From Eledone cirrhosa (taxonomy: Eukaryota), in the NCBI GenBank assembly GCA_964016885.1, contig OZ024741.1, positions 108,376,001 through 108,440,000 on the forward strand: a DNA stretch of 64,000 nt, written 5' to 3'. A program made the position numbers and the translations under genes. Positions 1-11,120 of this stretch are shown here, piece after piece (the stretch's first letter is position 1; every line of letters starts with the position of its first letter). Under the pieces are notes generated by a model, which made no database searches, was not told the DNA's origin, and was given only the letters and a program-made list of their open reading frames with translations.

Positions 1-122
1 GTATGTATGTATGTATGCATGTAGTATGTATGCATGTATGCATGTATGTACGTATGCATGTATGTATGTATTCATATATGTATATGTGTATGTATGTATA
101 TATGTGTATGTATGTATGTATG
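1..122. repeat. Degenerate (GTAT)n tetranucleotide microsatellite with GCAT/TA/GT interruptions (truncated by window start)
   Basis: gtatgtatgtatgtatgcat...gtatgtatgtatgta read directly from the sequence. Confidence 0.93.
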
Positions 123-125
123 CAC

Positions 126-140
126 GGATGGATGGATGGA
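126..140. repeat. Short (GGAT)3-4 microsatellite
   Basis: ggatggatggatgga. Confidence 0.6.
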
Positions 141-211
141 ATTGCGTAGAATGATCGAGAAAAAGTAAAACGTGGCAAACACAAGTGAAGGAGTACGTGT
201 GTTTAAGCGCC

Positions 212-224
212 TGTGTGTGTGTGT

Positions 225-258
<34 letters not shown>
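212..258. repeat. (GT)n/(CA)n dinucleotide microsatellite, ~23 units with one AT interruption
   Basis: tgtgtg...gtatgtgtgt...gtgt read directly. Confidence 0.95.
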
Positions 259-331
259 CTGTTTCTGTGATGTGCGAACGTGCTTGACTGCATGTGTTAG
301 AATAGGTTGAGGTAACGGGAACAGTGCTGGT

Positions 332-496
332 GTTGTTGTTGTTACTGCTGCTGAGGGAGTGATGTTGATGCTGTTGTTGTTGTTACTGATGGTGATGAGA
401 TGATGGTGATGTTGTTGTTGTTGTTACTGCTGGTGATGAGATGATGGTGATGTTGTTGTTGTTACCGCTGGCGATGGGAGTGATGTTGATGTTGGT
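332..496. repeat. Four degenerate 38-45 bp tandem units ((GTT)4-5-AC[T/C]-...) forming the left border of the satellite
   Basis: (GTT)4-5 runs start at 332, 373, 411 and 452, each followed by ACT or ACC. Units 2 and 3 share ggtgatgagatgatggtgat; units 1 and 4 share gggagtgatgttgatg. Confidence 0.8.
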
Positions 497-3049
497 GACA
501 GTGGTGGTGGTGACAGTGGTGATGGTAGTGATGGTTGTGATGATGTTGGTGGTGGTGGTGACAGAGGTGATGGTAGTGATGGTTGTGATGTTGTTGGTGG
601 TGGTGGTGACAGTGGTGATGGTAGTGATGGTTGTGATGATGTTGGTGGTGGTGGTGACAGTGGTGATGGTATTGATGGTTGTGATGATGTTGGTGGTGGT
701 GGTGACAGTGGTGATGGTAGTGATGGTTGTGATGATGTTGGTGGTGGTGGTGACAGTGGTGATGGTAGTGATGGTTGTGATGTTGTTGTTGGTGGTGGTG
801 GTGACAGTGGTGATGGTAGTGATGGTTGTGATGATGATGTTGGTGGTGGTGACAGTGGTGATGGTAGTGATGGTTGTGATGATGTTGGTGGTGGTGACAG
901 TGGTGATGGTTGTGATGGTTGTGATGATGTTGGTCGTGGTGGTGACAGTGGTGATGGTAGTGATGGTTGTGATGATGTTGTTGGTGGTGGTGACAGTGGT
1001 GATGGTAGTGATGGTTGTGATGATGTTGGTGGTGGTGACAGTGGTGATGGTTGTGATGGTTGTGATGATGTTGGTCGTGGTGGTGACAGTGGTGATGGTA
1101 GTGATGATTGTGATGATGTTGTTGGTGGTGGTGACAGTGGTGATGGTAGTGATGGTCGTGATGATGTTGGTGGTGGTGACAGTGGTGATGGCAGTGATGG
1201 TTGTGATGATGATGTTGGTGGCGGTGACAGTGGTGATGGTAGTGATGGTCGTGATGATGTTGGTGGTGGTGACAGTGGTAATGGTAGTGATGGTTGTGAT
1301 GATGTTGGTGGCGGTGACAGTGGTGATGGTAGTGATGGTTGTAATGATGTTGGTGGTGGTGACAGTGGTGATGGTAGTGATGGTTGTGATGACGTTGGTG
1401 GTGGTGGTGACAGTGGTGATGGTAGTGATGGTTGTGATGATGTTGTTGTTGGTGGTGACAGTGGTGATGGTAGTGATGGTTGTGATGATGTTGTTGGTGG
1501 TGGTGACAGTGGTGATGGTAGTGATGGTTGTGATGTTGTTGTTGTTGGTGGTGACAGTGGTGATGGTAGTGATGGTTGTGATGTTGTTGGTGGTGGTGGT
1601 GACAGTGGTGATGGTAGTGATGGTTGTGATGTTGTTTTTGTTGGTGGTGACAGAGGTGATGGTAGTGATGGTTGTGATGATGTTGTTGTTGTTGGTGGTG
1701 ACAGTGGTGATGGTAGTGATGGTTGTGATGATGTTGTTGGTGGTGGTGACAGTGGTGATGGTAGTGATGGTTGTGATGTTGTTGTTGTTGGTGGTGACAG
1801 TGGTGATGGTATTGATGGTTGTGATGATGTTGGTGGTGGTGACAGTGGTGATGGTAGTGATGGTTGTGATGATGTTGGTGGTGGTGACAGTGGTGATGGT
1901 AGTGATGGTTGTGATGTTGTTGTTGTTGGTGGTGACAGTGGTGATGGTAGTGATGGTTGTGATGATGTTGGTGGTGGTGGTGGTGACAGTGGTGATGGTA
2001 GTGATGGTTGTGATGATGTTGGTGGAGGTGACAGTGGTGATGGTAGTGATGGTTGTGATGATGTTGGTGGTGGTGACAGTGGTGATGGTAGTGATGGTTG
2101 TGATGTTGTTGTTGTTGGTGGTGACAGTGGTGATGGTAGTGATGGTTGTGATGTTGTTGTTTTTGGTGGTGACAGTGGTGATGGTAGTGATGGTTGTGAT
2201 GATGTTGGTGGTGGTGGTGACAGTGGTGATGGTAGTGATGGTTGTGATGATGTTGTTGGTGGTGGTGGTGACAGTGGTGATGGTAGTGATGGTTGTGATG
2301 ATGTTGGTGGAGGTGACAGTGGTGATGGTAGTGATGGTTGTGATGATATTGGTGGTGGTGACAATGGTGATGGTAGTGATGGTTGTGATGATGTTGGTGG
2401 TGGTGACAGTGGTGATGGTATTGATGGTTGTGATGATGTTGGTGGTGGTGACAGTGGTGATGGTAGTGATGGTTGTGATGATGTTGGTGGTGGTGACAGT
2501 GGTGATGGTAGTGATGGTTGTGATGTTGTTGTTGTTGGTGGTGACAGTGGTGATGGTAGTGATGGTTGTGATGTTGTTGTTGTTGGTGGTGACAGTGGTG
2601 ATGGTAGTGATGGTTGTGATGATGTTGGTGGTGGTGGTGACAGTGGTGATGGTAGTGATGGTTGTGATGATGTTGGTGGTGGTGACAGTGGTGATGGTAG
2701 TGATGGTTGTGATGATGTTGGTGGTGGTGGTGACAGTGGTGAAGGTAGTGATGGTTGTGATGTTGTTGTTGTTGGTGGTGACAGTGGTGATGGTAGTGAT
2801 GGTTGTGATGTTGTTGTTGTTGGTGGTGACAGTGGTGATGGTAGTGATGGTTGTGATGATGTTGGTGGTGGTGGTGACAGTGGTGATGGTAGTGATGGTT
2901 GTGATGATGTTGGTGGTGGTGACAGTGGTGATGGTAGTGATGGTTGTGATGATGTTGGTGGTGGTGGTGACAGTGGTGAAGGTAGTGATGGGTTGTGATG
3001 ATGTTGGTGGTGGTGGTGACAGTGGTGATGGTAGTGATGGTTGTGATGA

Positions 3050-6000
3050 TGTTGGTGGTGGTGGTGACAGTGGTGATGGTAGTGATGGTTGTGAAGTTGT
3101 TGTTGTTGGTGGTGACAGTGGTGATGGTAGTGATGGTTGTGATGTTGTTGTTGGTGGTGGTGACAGTGGTGATGGTAGTGATGGTTGTGATGTTGTTGTT
3201 GTTGTTGGTGGTGACAGTGGTGATGGTAGTGATGGTTGTGATGTTGTTGTTGTTGGTGGTGACAGTGGTGACGGTAGTGATGGTTGTGATGTTGTTGTTG
3301 GTGGTGACAGTGGTGATGGTAGTGATGGTTGTGATGATGATGGTGGTGGTGGTGACAGTGGTGATGGTAGTGATGGTTGTGATGATGATGGTGGTGGTGG
3401 TGACAGTGTTGATGGTAGTGATGGTTGTGAAGTTGTTGTTGTTGGTGGTGACAGTGGTGATGGTAGTGATGGTTGTGATGATGTTAGTGGTGGTGGTGAC
3501 AGTGGGGATGGTAGTGATGGTTGTGATGTTGGTGGTGGTGATGGTATTGATGGTAGTGATGGTTGTGATGTTGTTGTTGTTGGTGGTGACAGTGGTGATG
3601 GTAGTGATGGTTGTGATGATGATGGTGGTGGTGGTGACAGTGGTGATGGTAGTGATGGTTGTGATGTTGTTGTTGTTGGTGGTGACAGTGGTGATGGTAG
3701 TGATGGTTGTGATGATGTTGGTGGTGGTGGTGACAGTGGGGATGGTAGTGATGGTTGTGATGTTGGTGGTGGTGATGGTATTGATGGTAGTGATGGTTGT
3801 GATGTTGTTGTTGTTGGTGGTGGTGACAGTGGTGATGGTAGTGATGGTTGTGATGTTGTTGTTGTTGGTGGTGACAGTGGTGATGGTAGTGATGGTTGTG
3901 ATGATGTTGGTGGTGGTGGTGACAGTGGTGATGGTAGTGATGGTTGTGATGTTGTTGTTGGTGGTGGTGACAGTGGTGATGGTAGTGATGGTTGTGATGT
4001 TGTTGTTGTTGGTGGTGACAGTGGTGATGGTAGTGATGGTTGTGATGATGTTGTTGTTGTTGGTGGTGACAGTGGTGATGGTAGTGATGGTTGTGATGTT
4101 GTTGTTGTTGTTGGTGGTGACAGTGGTGATGGTAGTGATGGTTGTGATGTTGTTGTTGTTGGTGGTGACAGTGGTGATGGTAGTGATGGTTGTGATGTTG
4201 TTGTTGTTGTTGTTGGTGGTGACAGTGGTGATGGTAGTGATGGTTGTGATGTTGTTGTTGTTGTTGGTGGTGACAGTGGCGATGGTAGTGATGGTTGTGA
4301 TGATGTTGTTGTTGTTGTTGGTGGTGACAGTGGTGATGGTAGTGATGGTTGTGATGATGTTGTTATTGTTGGTGGTGACAGTGGTGATGGTAGTGATGGT
4401 TGTGATGTTGTTGTTGTTGTTGGTGGTGACAGTGGTGATGGTAGTGATGGTTGTGATGATGTTGGTGGTGGTGGTGACAGTGGTGATGGTAGTGATGGTT
4501 GTGATGTTGTTGGTGGTGGTGGTGACAGTGGTGATGGTAGTGATGGTTGTGATGTTGTTGTTGTTGGTGGTGACAGTGGTGATGGTAGTGATGGTTGTGA
4601 TGATGTTGTTGTTGTTGGTGGTGACAGTGGTGATGGTAGTGATGGTTGTGATGTTGTTGTTGTTGTTGGTGGTAACAGTGGTGATGGTAGTGATGGTTGT
4701 GATGATGTTGTTGTTGTTGTTGGTGGTGACAGTGGTGATGGTAGTGATGGTTGTGATGATGTTGGTGGTGGTGACAGTGGTGATGGTAGTGATGGTTGTG
4801 ATGTTGTTGATGTTGGTGGTGACAGTGGTGATGGTAGTGATGGTTGTGATGGTTGTGATGTTGTTGTTGTTGGTGGTGATGGTAGTGATGGTTGTGATGA
4901 TGTTGGTGGTGGTGGTGACAGTGGTGATGGTAGTGATGGTTGTGATGATGTTGGTGGTGGTGACAGTGGTGATGGTAGTGATGGTTGTGATGTTGTTGTT
5001 GTTGGTGGTGACAGTGGTGATGGTAGTGATGGTTGTGATGTTGTTGTTGTTGGTGGTGACAGTGGTGATGGTATTGATGGTTGTGATGATGTTGGTGGTG
5101 GTGACAGTGGTGATGGTAGTGATGGTTGTGATGTTGTTGTTGTTGGTGGTGACAGTGGTGATGGTAATGATGGTTGTGATGATGTTGTTGGTGGTGGTGG
5201 TGACAGTGGTGATGGTAGTGATGGTTGTGATGATGTTGGTGGTGGTGACAGTGGTGATGGTAGTGATCGTTGTGATGATGTTGGTGGTGGTGACAGTGGT
5301 GATGGTAGTGATGGTTGTGATGATGTTGGTGGTGGTGACAGTGGTGATGGTAGTGATCGTTGTGATGATGTTGGTGGTGGTGATGACAGTGGTGATGGTA
5401 GTGATGGTTGTAATGTTGTTGGTGGTGGTGTTGACAGTGGTGATGGTAGTGATGGTTTTGATGTTGTTGTTGGTGGTGGTGACAGTGGTGATGGTAGTGA
5501 TGGTTGTGATGATGTTGGTGGTGGTGACAGTGGTGATGGTAGTGATGGTTGTGATGATGTTGGTGGTGGTGGTGACAGTGGTGATGTTAGTGATGGTTGT
5601 GATAATGTTGGTGGTGGTGGTGACAGTGGTGATGGTAGTGATGGTTGTGATGATGATGGTGGTGGTGGTGACTGGTGATTGTAGTGATGGTTGTGATGTT
5701 GTTGTTGTTGGTGGTGACAGTGGTGATGGTAGTGATGGTTGTGATGTTGTTGTTGTTGGTGGTGACAGTGGTGATGGTAGTGATGGTTGTGATGATGTTG
5801 GTGGTGGTGGTGACAGTGGGGATGGTAGTGATGGTTGTGATGTTGGTGGTAGTGATGGTATTGATGGTAGTGATGGTTGTGATGATGTTGGTGGTGGTGG
5901 TGACAGTGGTGATGGTAGTGATGTTTGTGATGATGTTGTTGGTGGCGGTGGTGACAGTGGTGATGGTAGTGATGGTTGTGATGTTGTTGTTGTTGGTGGT

Positions 6001-9000
6001 GACAGTGGTGATGGTAGTGATGGTTGTGATGATGTTGTTGTTGTTGGTGGTGACAGTGGTGATGGTAGTGATGGTTGTGATGTTGTTGTTGTTGGTGGTG
6101 ACAGTGGTGATGGTAGTGATGGTTGTGATGATGTTGTTGTTGTTGGTGGTGACAGTGGTGATGGTAGTGATGGTTGTGATGTTGTTGTTGTTGGTGGTGA
6201 CAGTGGTGATGGTAGTGATGGTTGTGATGATGTTGTTGTTGTTGTTGGTGGTGACAGTGGTGATGGTAGTGATGGTTGTGATGATGTTGGTGGTGGTGAC
6301 AGTGATGATGGTAGTGATGGTTGTGATGTTGTTGATGTTGGTGGTGACAGTGGTGATGGTAGTGATGGTTGTGATGGTTGTGATGTTGTTGTTGTTGGTG
6401 GTGATGGTAGTGATGGTTGTGATGATGTTGGTGGTGGTGGTGACAGTGGTGATGGTAGTGATGGTTGTGATGATGTTGGTGGTGGTGACAGTGGTGATGG
6501 TAGTGATGGTTGTGATGTTGTTGTTGTTGGTGGTGACAGTGGTGATGGTAGTGATGGTTGTGATGATGTTGTTGTTGGTGGTGACAGTGGTGATGGTAGT
6601 GATGGTTGTGATGTTGTTGTTGTTGGTGGTGACAGTGGTGATGGTATTGATGGTTGTGATGATGTTGGTGGTGGTGACAGTGGTGATGGTAGTGATGGTT
6701 GTGATGTTGTTGTTGTTGGTGGTGACAGTGGTGATGGTAATGATGGTTGTGATGATGTTGTTGGTGGTGGTGGTGACAGTGGTGATGGTAGTGATGGTTG
6801 TTATGATGTTGGTGGTGGTGACAGTGGTGATGGTAGTGATCGTTGTGATGATGTTGGTGGTGGTGACAGTGGTGATGGTAGTGATGGTTGTGATGATGTT
6901 GGTGGTGGTGACAGTGGTGATGGTAGTGATGGTTGTGATGATGTTGGTGGTGGTGATGACAGTGGTGATGGTAGTGATGGTTGTAATGTTGTTGGTGGTG
7001 GTGTTGACAGTGGTGATGGTAGTGATGGTTTTGATGTTGTTGTTGGTGGTGGTGACAGTGGTGATGGTAGTGATGGTTGTGATGATGTTGGTGGTGGTGG
7101 TGACAGTGGTGATGGTAGTGATGGTTGTGAAGTTGTTGTTGTTGGTGGTGACAGTGGTGATGGTAGTGATGGTTGTGATGTTGTTGTTGGTGGTGGTGAC
7201 AGTGGTGATGGTAGTGATGGTTGTGATGTTGTTGTTGTTGTTGGTGGTGACAGTGGTGATGGTAGTGATGGTTGTGATGTTGTTGTTGTTGGTGGTGACA
7301 GTGGTGATGGTAGTGATGGTTGTGATGTTGTTGTTGGTGGTGACAGTGGTGATGGTAGTGATGGTTGTGATGATGATGGTGGTGGTGGTGACAGTGGTGA
7401 TGGTAGTGATGGTTGTGATGATGATGGTGGTGGTGGTGACAGTGGTGATGGTAGTGATGGTTGTGAAGTTGTTGTTGTTGGTGGTGACAGTGGTGATGGT
7501 AGTGATGGTTGTGATGATGTTAGTGGTGGTGGTGACAGTGGGGATGGTAGTGATGGTTGTGATGTTGGTGGTGGTGATGGTATTGATGGTAGTGATGGTT
7601 GTGATGTTGTTGTTGTTGGTGGTGACAGTGGTGATGGTAGTGATGGTTGTGATGATGATGGTGGTGGTGGTGACAGTGGTGATGGTAGTGATGGTTGTGA
7701 TGTTGTTGTTGTTGGTGGTGACAGTGGTGATGGTAGTGATGGTTGTGATGATGTTGGTGGTGGTGGTGACAGTGGGGATGGTAGTGATGGTTGTGATGTT
7801 GGTGGTGGTGATGGTATTGATGGTAGTGATGGTTGTGATGTTGTTGTTGTTGGTGGTGGTGACAGTGGTGATGGTAGTGATGGTTGTGATGTTGTTGTTG
7901 TTGGTGGTGACAGTGGTGATGGTAGTGATGGTTGTGATGATGTTGGTGGTGGTGGTGACAGTGGTGATGATAGTGATGGTTGTGATGTTGTTGTTGGTGG
8001 TGGTGACAGTGGTGATGGTAGTGATGGTTGTGATGTTGTTGTTGTTGGTGGTGACAGTGGTGATGGTAGTGATGGTTGTGATGATGTTGTTGTTGTTGGT
8101 GGTGACAGTGGTGATGGTAGTGATGGTTGTGATGTTGTTGTTGTTGTTGGTGGTGACAGTGGTGATGGTAGTGATGGTTGTGATGTTGTTGTTGTTGGTG
8201 GTGACAGTGGTGATGGTAGTGATGGTTGTGATGTTGTTGTTGTTGTTGTTGGTGGTGACAGTGGTGATGGTAGTGATGGTTGTGATGTTGTTGTTGTTGT
8301 TGGTGGTGACAGTGGCGATGGTAGTGATGGTTGTGATGATGTTGTTGTTGTTGTTGGTGGTGACAGTGGTGATGGTAGTGATGGTTGTGATGATGTTGTT
8401 ATTGTTGGTGGTGACAGTGGTGATGGTAGTGATGGTTGTGATGTTGTTGTTGTTGTTGGTGGTGACAGTGGTGATGGTAGTGATGGTTGTGATGATGTTG
8501 GTGGTGGTGGTGACAGTGGTGATGGTAGTGATGGTTGTGATGTTGTTGGTGGTGGTGGTGACAGTGGTGATGGTAGTGATGGTTGTGATGTTGTTGTTGT
8601 TGGTGGTGACAGTGGTGATGGTAGTGATGGTTGTGATGATGTTGTTGTTGTTGGTGGTGACAGTGGTGATGGTAGTGATGGTTGTGATGTTGTTGTTGTT
8701 GTTGGTGGTAACAGTGGTGATGGTAGTGATGGTTGTGATGATGTTGTTGTTGTTGTTGGTGGTGACAGTGGTGATGGTAGTGATGGTTGTGATGATGTTG
8801 GTGGTGGTGACAGTGGTGATGGTAGTGATGGTTGTGATGTTGTTGATTTTGGTGGTGACAGTGGTGATGGTAGTGATGGTTGTGATGGTTGTGATGTTGT
8901 TGTTGTTGGTGGTGATGGTAGTGATGGTTGTGATGATGTTGGTGGTGGTGGTGACAGTGGTGATGGTAGTGATGGTTGTGATGATGTTGGTGGTGGTGAC

Positions 9001-11120
9001 AGTGGTGATGGTAGTGATGGTTGTGATGTTGTTGTTGTTGGTGGTGACAGTGGTGATGGTAGTGATGGTTGTGATGTTGTTGTTGTTGGTGGTGACAGTG
9101 GTGATGGTATTGATGGTTGTGATGATGTTGGTGGTGGTGACAGTGGTGATGGTAGTGATGGTTGTGATGTTGTTGTTGTTGGTGGTGACAGTGGTGATGG
9201 TAATGATGGTTGTGATGATGTTGTTGGTGGTGGTGGTGACAGTGGTGATGGTAGTGATGGTTGTGATGATGTTGGTGGTGGTGACAGTGGTGATGGTAGT
9301 GATCGTTGTGATGATGTTGGTGGTGGTGACAGTGGTGATGGTAGTGATGGTTGTGATGATGTTGGTGGTGGTGACAGTGGTGATGGTAGTGATCGTTGTG
9401 ATGATGTTGGTGGTGGTGATGACAGTGGTGATGGTAGTGATGGTTGTAATGTTGTTGGTGGTGGTGTTGACAGTGGTGATGGTAGTGATGGTTTTGATGT
9501 TGTTGTTGGTGGTGGTGACAGTGGTGATGGTAGTGATGGTTGTGATGATGTTGGTGGTGGTGACAGTGGTGATGGTAGTGATGGTTGTGATGATGTTGGT
9601 GGTGGTGGTGACAGTGGTGATGTTAGTGATGGTTGTGATAATGTTGGTGGTGGTGGTGACAGTGGTGATGGTAGTGATGGTTGTGATGATGATGGTGGTG
9701 GTGGTGACTGGTGATTGTAGTGATGGTTGTGATGTTGTTGTTGTTGGTGGTGACAGTGGTGATGGTAGTGATGGTTGTGATGTTGTTGTTGTTGGTGGTG
9801 ACAGTGGTGATGGTAGTGATGGTTGTGATGATGTTGGTGGTGGTGGTGACAGTGGGGATGGTAGTGATGGTTGTGATGTTGGTGGTAGTGATGGTATTGA
9901 TGGTAGTGATGGTTGTGATGATGTTGGTGGTGGTGGTGACAGTGGTGATGGTAGTGATGTTTGTGATGATGTTGTTGGTGGCGGTGGTGACAGTGGTGAT
10001 GGTAGTGATGGTTGTGATGTTGTTGTTGTTGGTGGTGACAGTGGTGATGGTAGTGATGGTTGTGATGATGTTGTTGTTGTTGGTGGTGACAGTGGTGATG
10101 GTAGTGATGGTTGTGATGTTGTTGTTGTTGGTGGTGACAGTGGTGATGGTAGTGATGGTTGTGATGATGTTGTTGTTGTTGGTGGTGACAGTGGTGATGG
10201 TAGTGATGGTTGTGATGTTGTTGTTGTTGGTGGTGACAGTGGTGATGGTAGTGATGGTTGTGATGATGTTGTTGTTGTTGTTGGTGGTGACAGTGGTGAT
10301 GGTAGTGATGGTTGTGATGATGTTGGTGGTGGTGACAGTGGTGATGGTAGTGATGGTTGTGATGTTGTTGATGTTGGTGGTGACAGTGGTGATGGTAGTG
10401 ATGGTTGTGATGGTTGTGATGTTGTTGTTGTTGGTGGTGATGGTAGTGATGGTTGTGATGATGTTGGTGGTGGTGGTGACAGTGGTGATGGTAGTGATGG
10501 TTGTGATGATGTTGGTGGTGGTGACAGTGGTGATGGTAGTGATGGTTGTGATGTTGTTGTTGTTGGTGGTGACAGTGGTGATGGTAGTGATGGTTGTGAT
10601 GATGTTGTTGTTGGTGGTGACAGTGGTGATGGTAGTGATGGTTGTGATGTTGTTGTTGTTGGTGGTGACAGTGGTGATGGTATTGATGGTTGTGATGATG
10701 TTGGTGGTGGTGACAGTGGTGATGGTAGTGATGGTTGTGATGTTGTTGTTGTTGGTGGTGACAGTGGTGATGGTAATGATGGTTGTGATGATGTTGTTGG
10801 TGGTGGTGGTGACAGTGGTGATGGTAGTGATGGTTGTTATGATGTTGGTGGTGGTGACAGTGGTGATGGTAGTGATCGTTGTGATGATGTTGGTGGTGGT
10901 GACAGTGGTGATGGTAGTGATGGTTGTGATGATGTTGGTGGTGGTGACAGTGGTGATGGTAGTGATGGTTGTGATGATGTTGGTGGTGGTGATGACAGTG
11001 GTGATGGTAGTGATGGTTGTAATGTTGTTGGTGGTGGTGTTGACAGTGGTGATGGTAGTGATGGTTTTGATGTTGTTGTTGGTGGTGGTGACAGTGGTGA
11101 TGGTAGTGATGGTTGTGATG
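3050..11120. repeat. Higher-order tandem duplication with period 4,036 bp (boundaries approximate)
   Basis: Rare variants recur at an exact offset of 4,036: GAA 3093/7129, GGC 4278/8314, GGTAAC 4671/8707, 2-bp deletion GAC^TGG 5670/9706. Confidence 0.92.

Noticed and set aside
72-293. 73 aa His/Thr-rich ORF
   Set aside because: It is a translation of the (CA)n and (TACA)n microsatellites.
1-330. Assignment to a taxon (microsatellite-dense invertebrate genomes such as cephalopods or decapods look similar)
   Set aside because: Only ~150 bp of non-repetitive sequence is available, so this cannot be supported without a database search.
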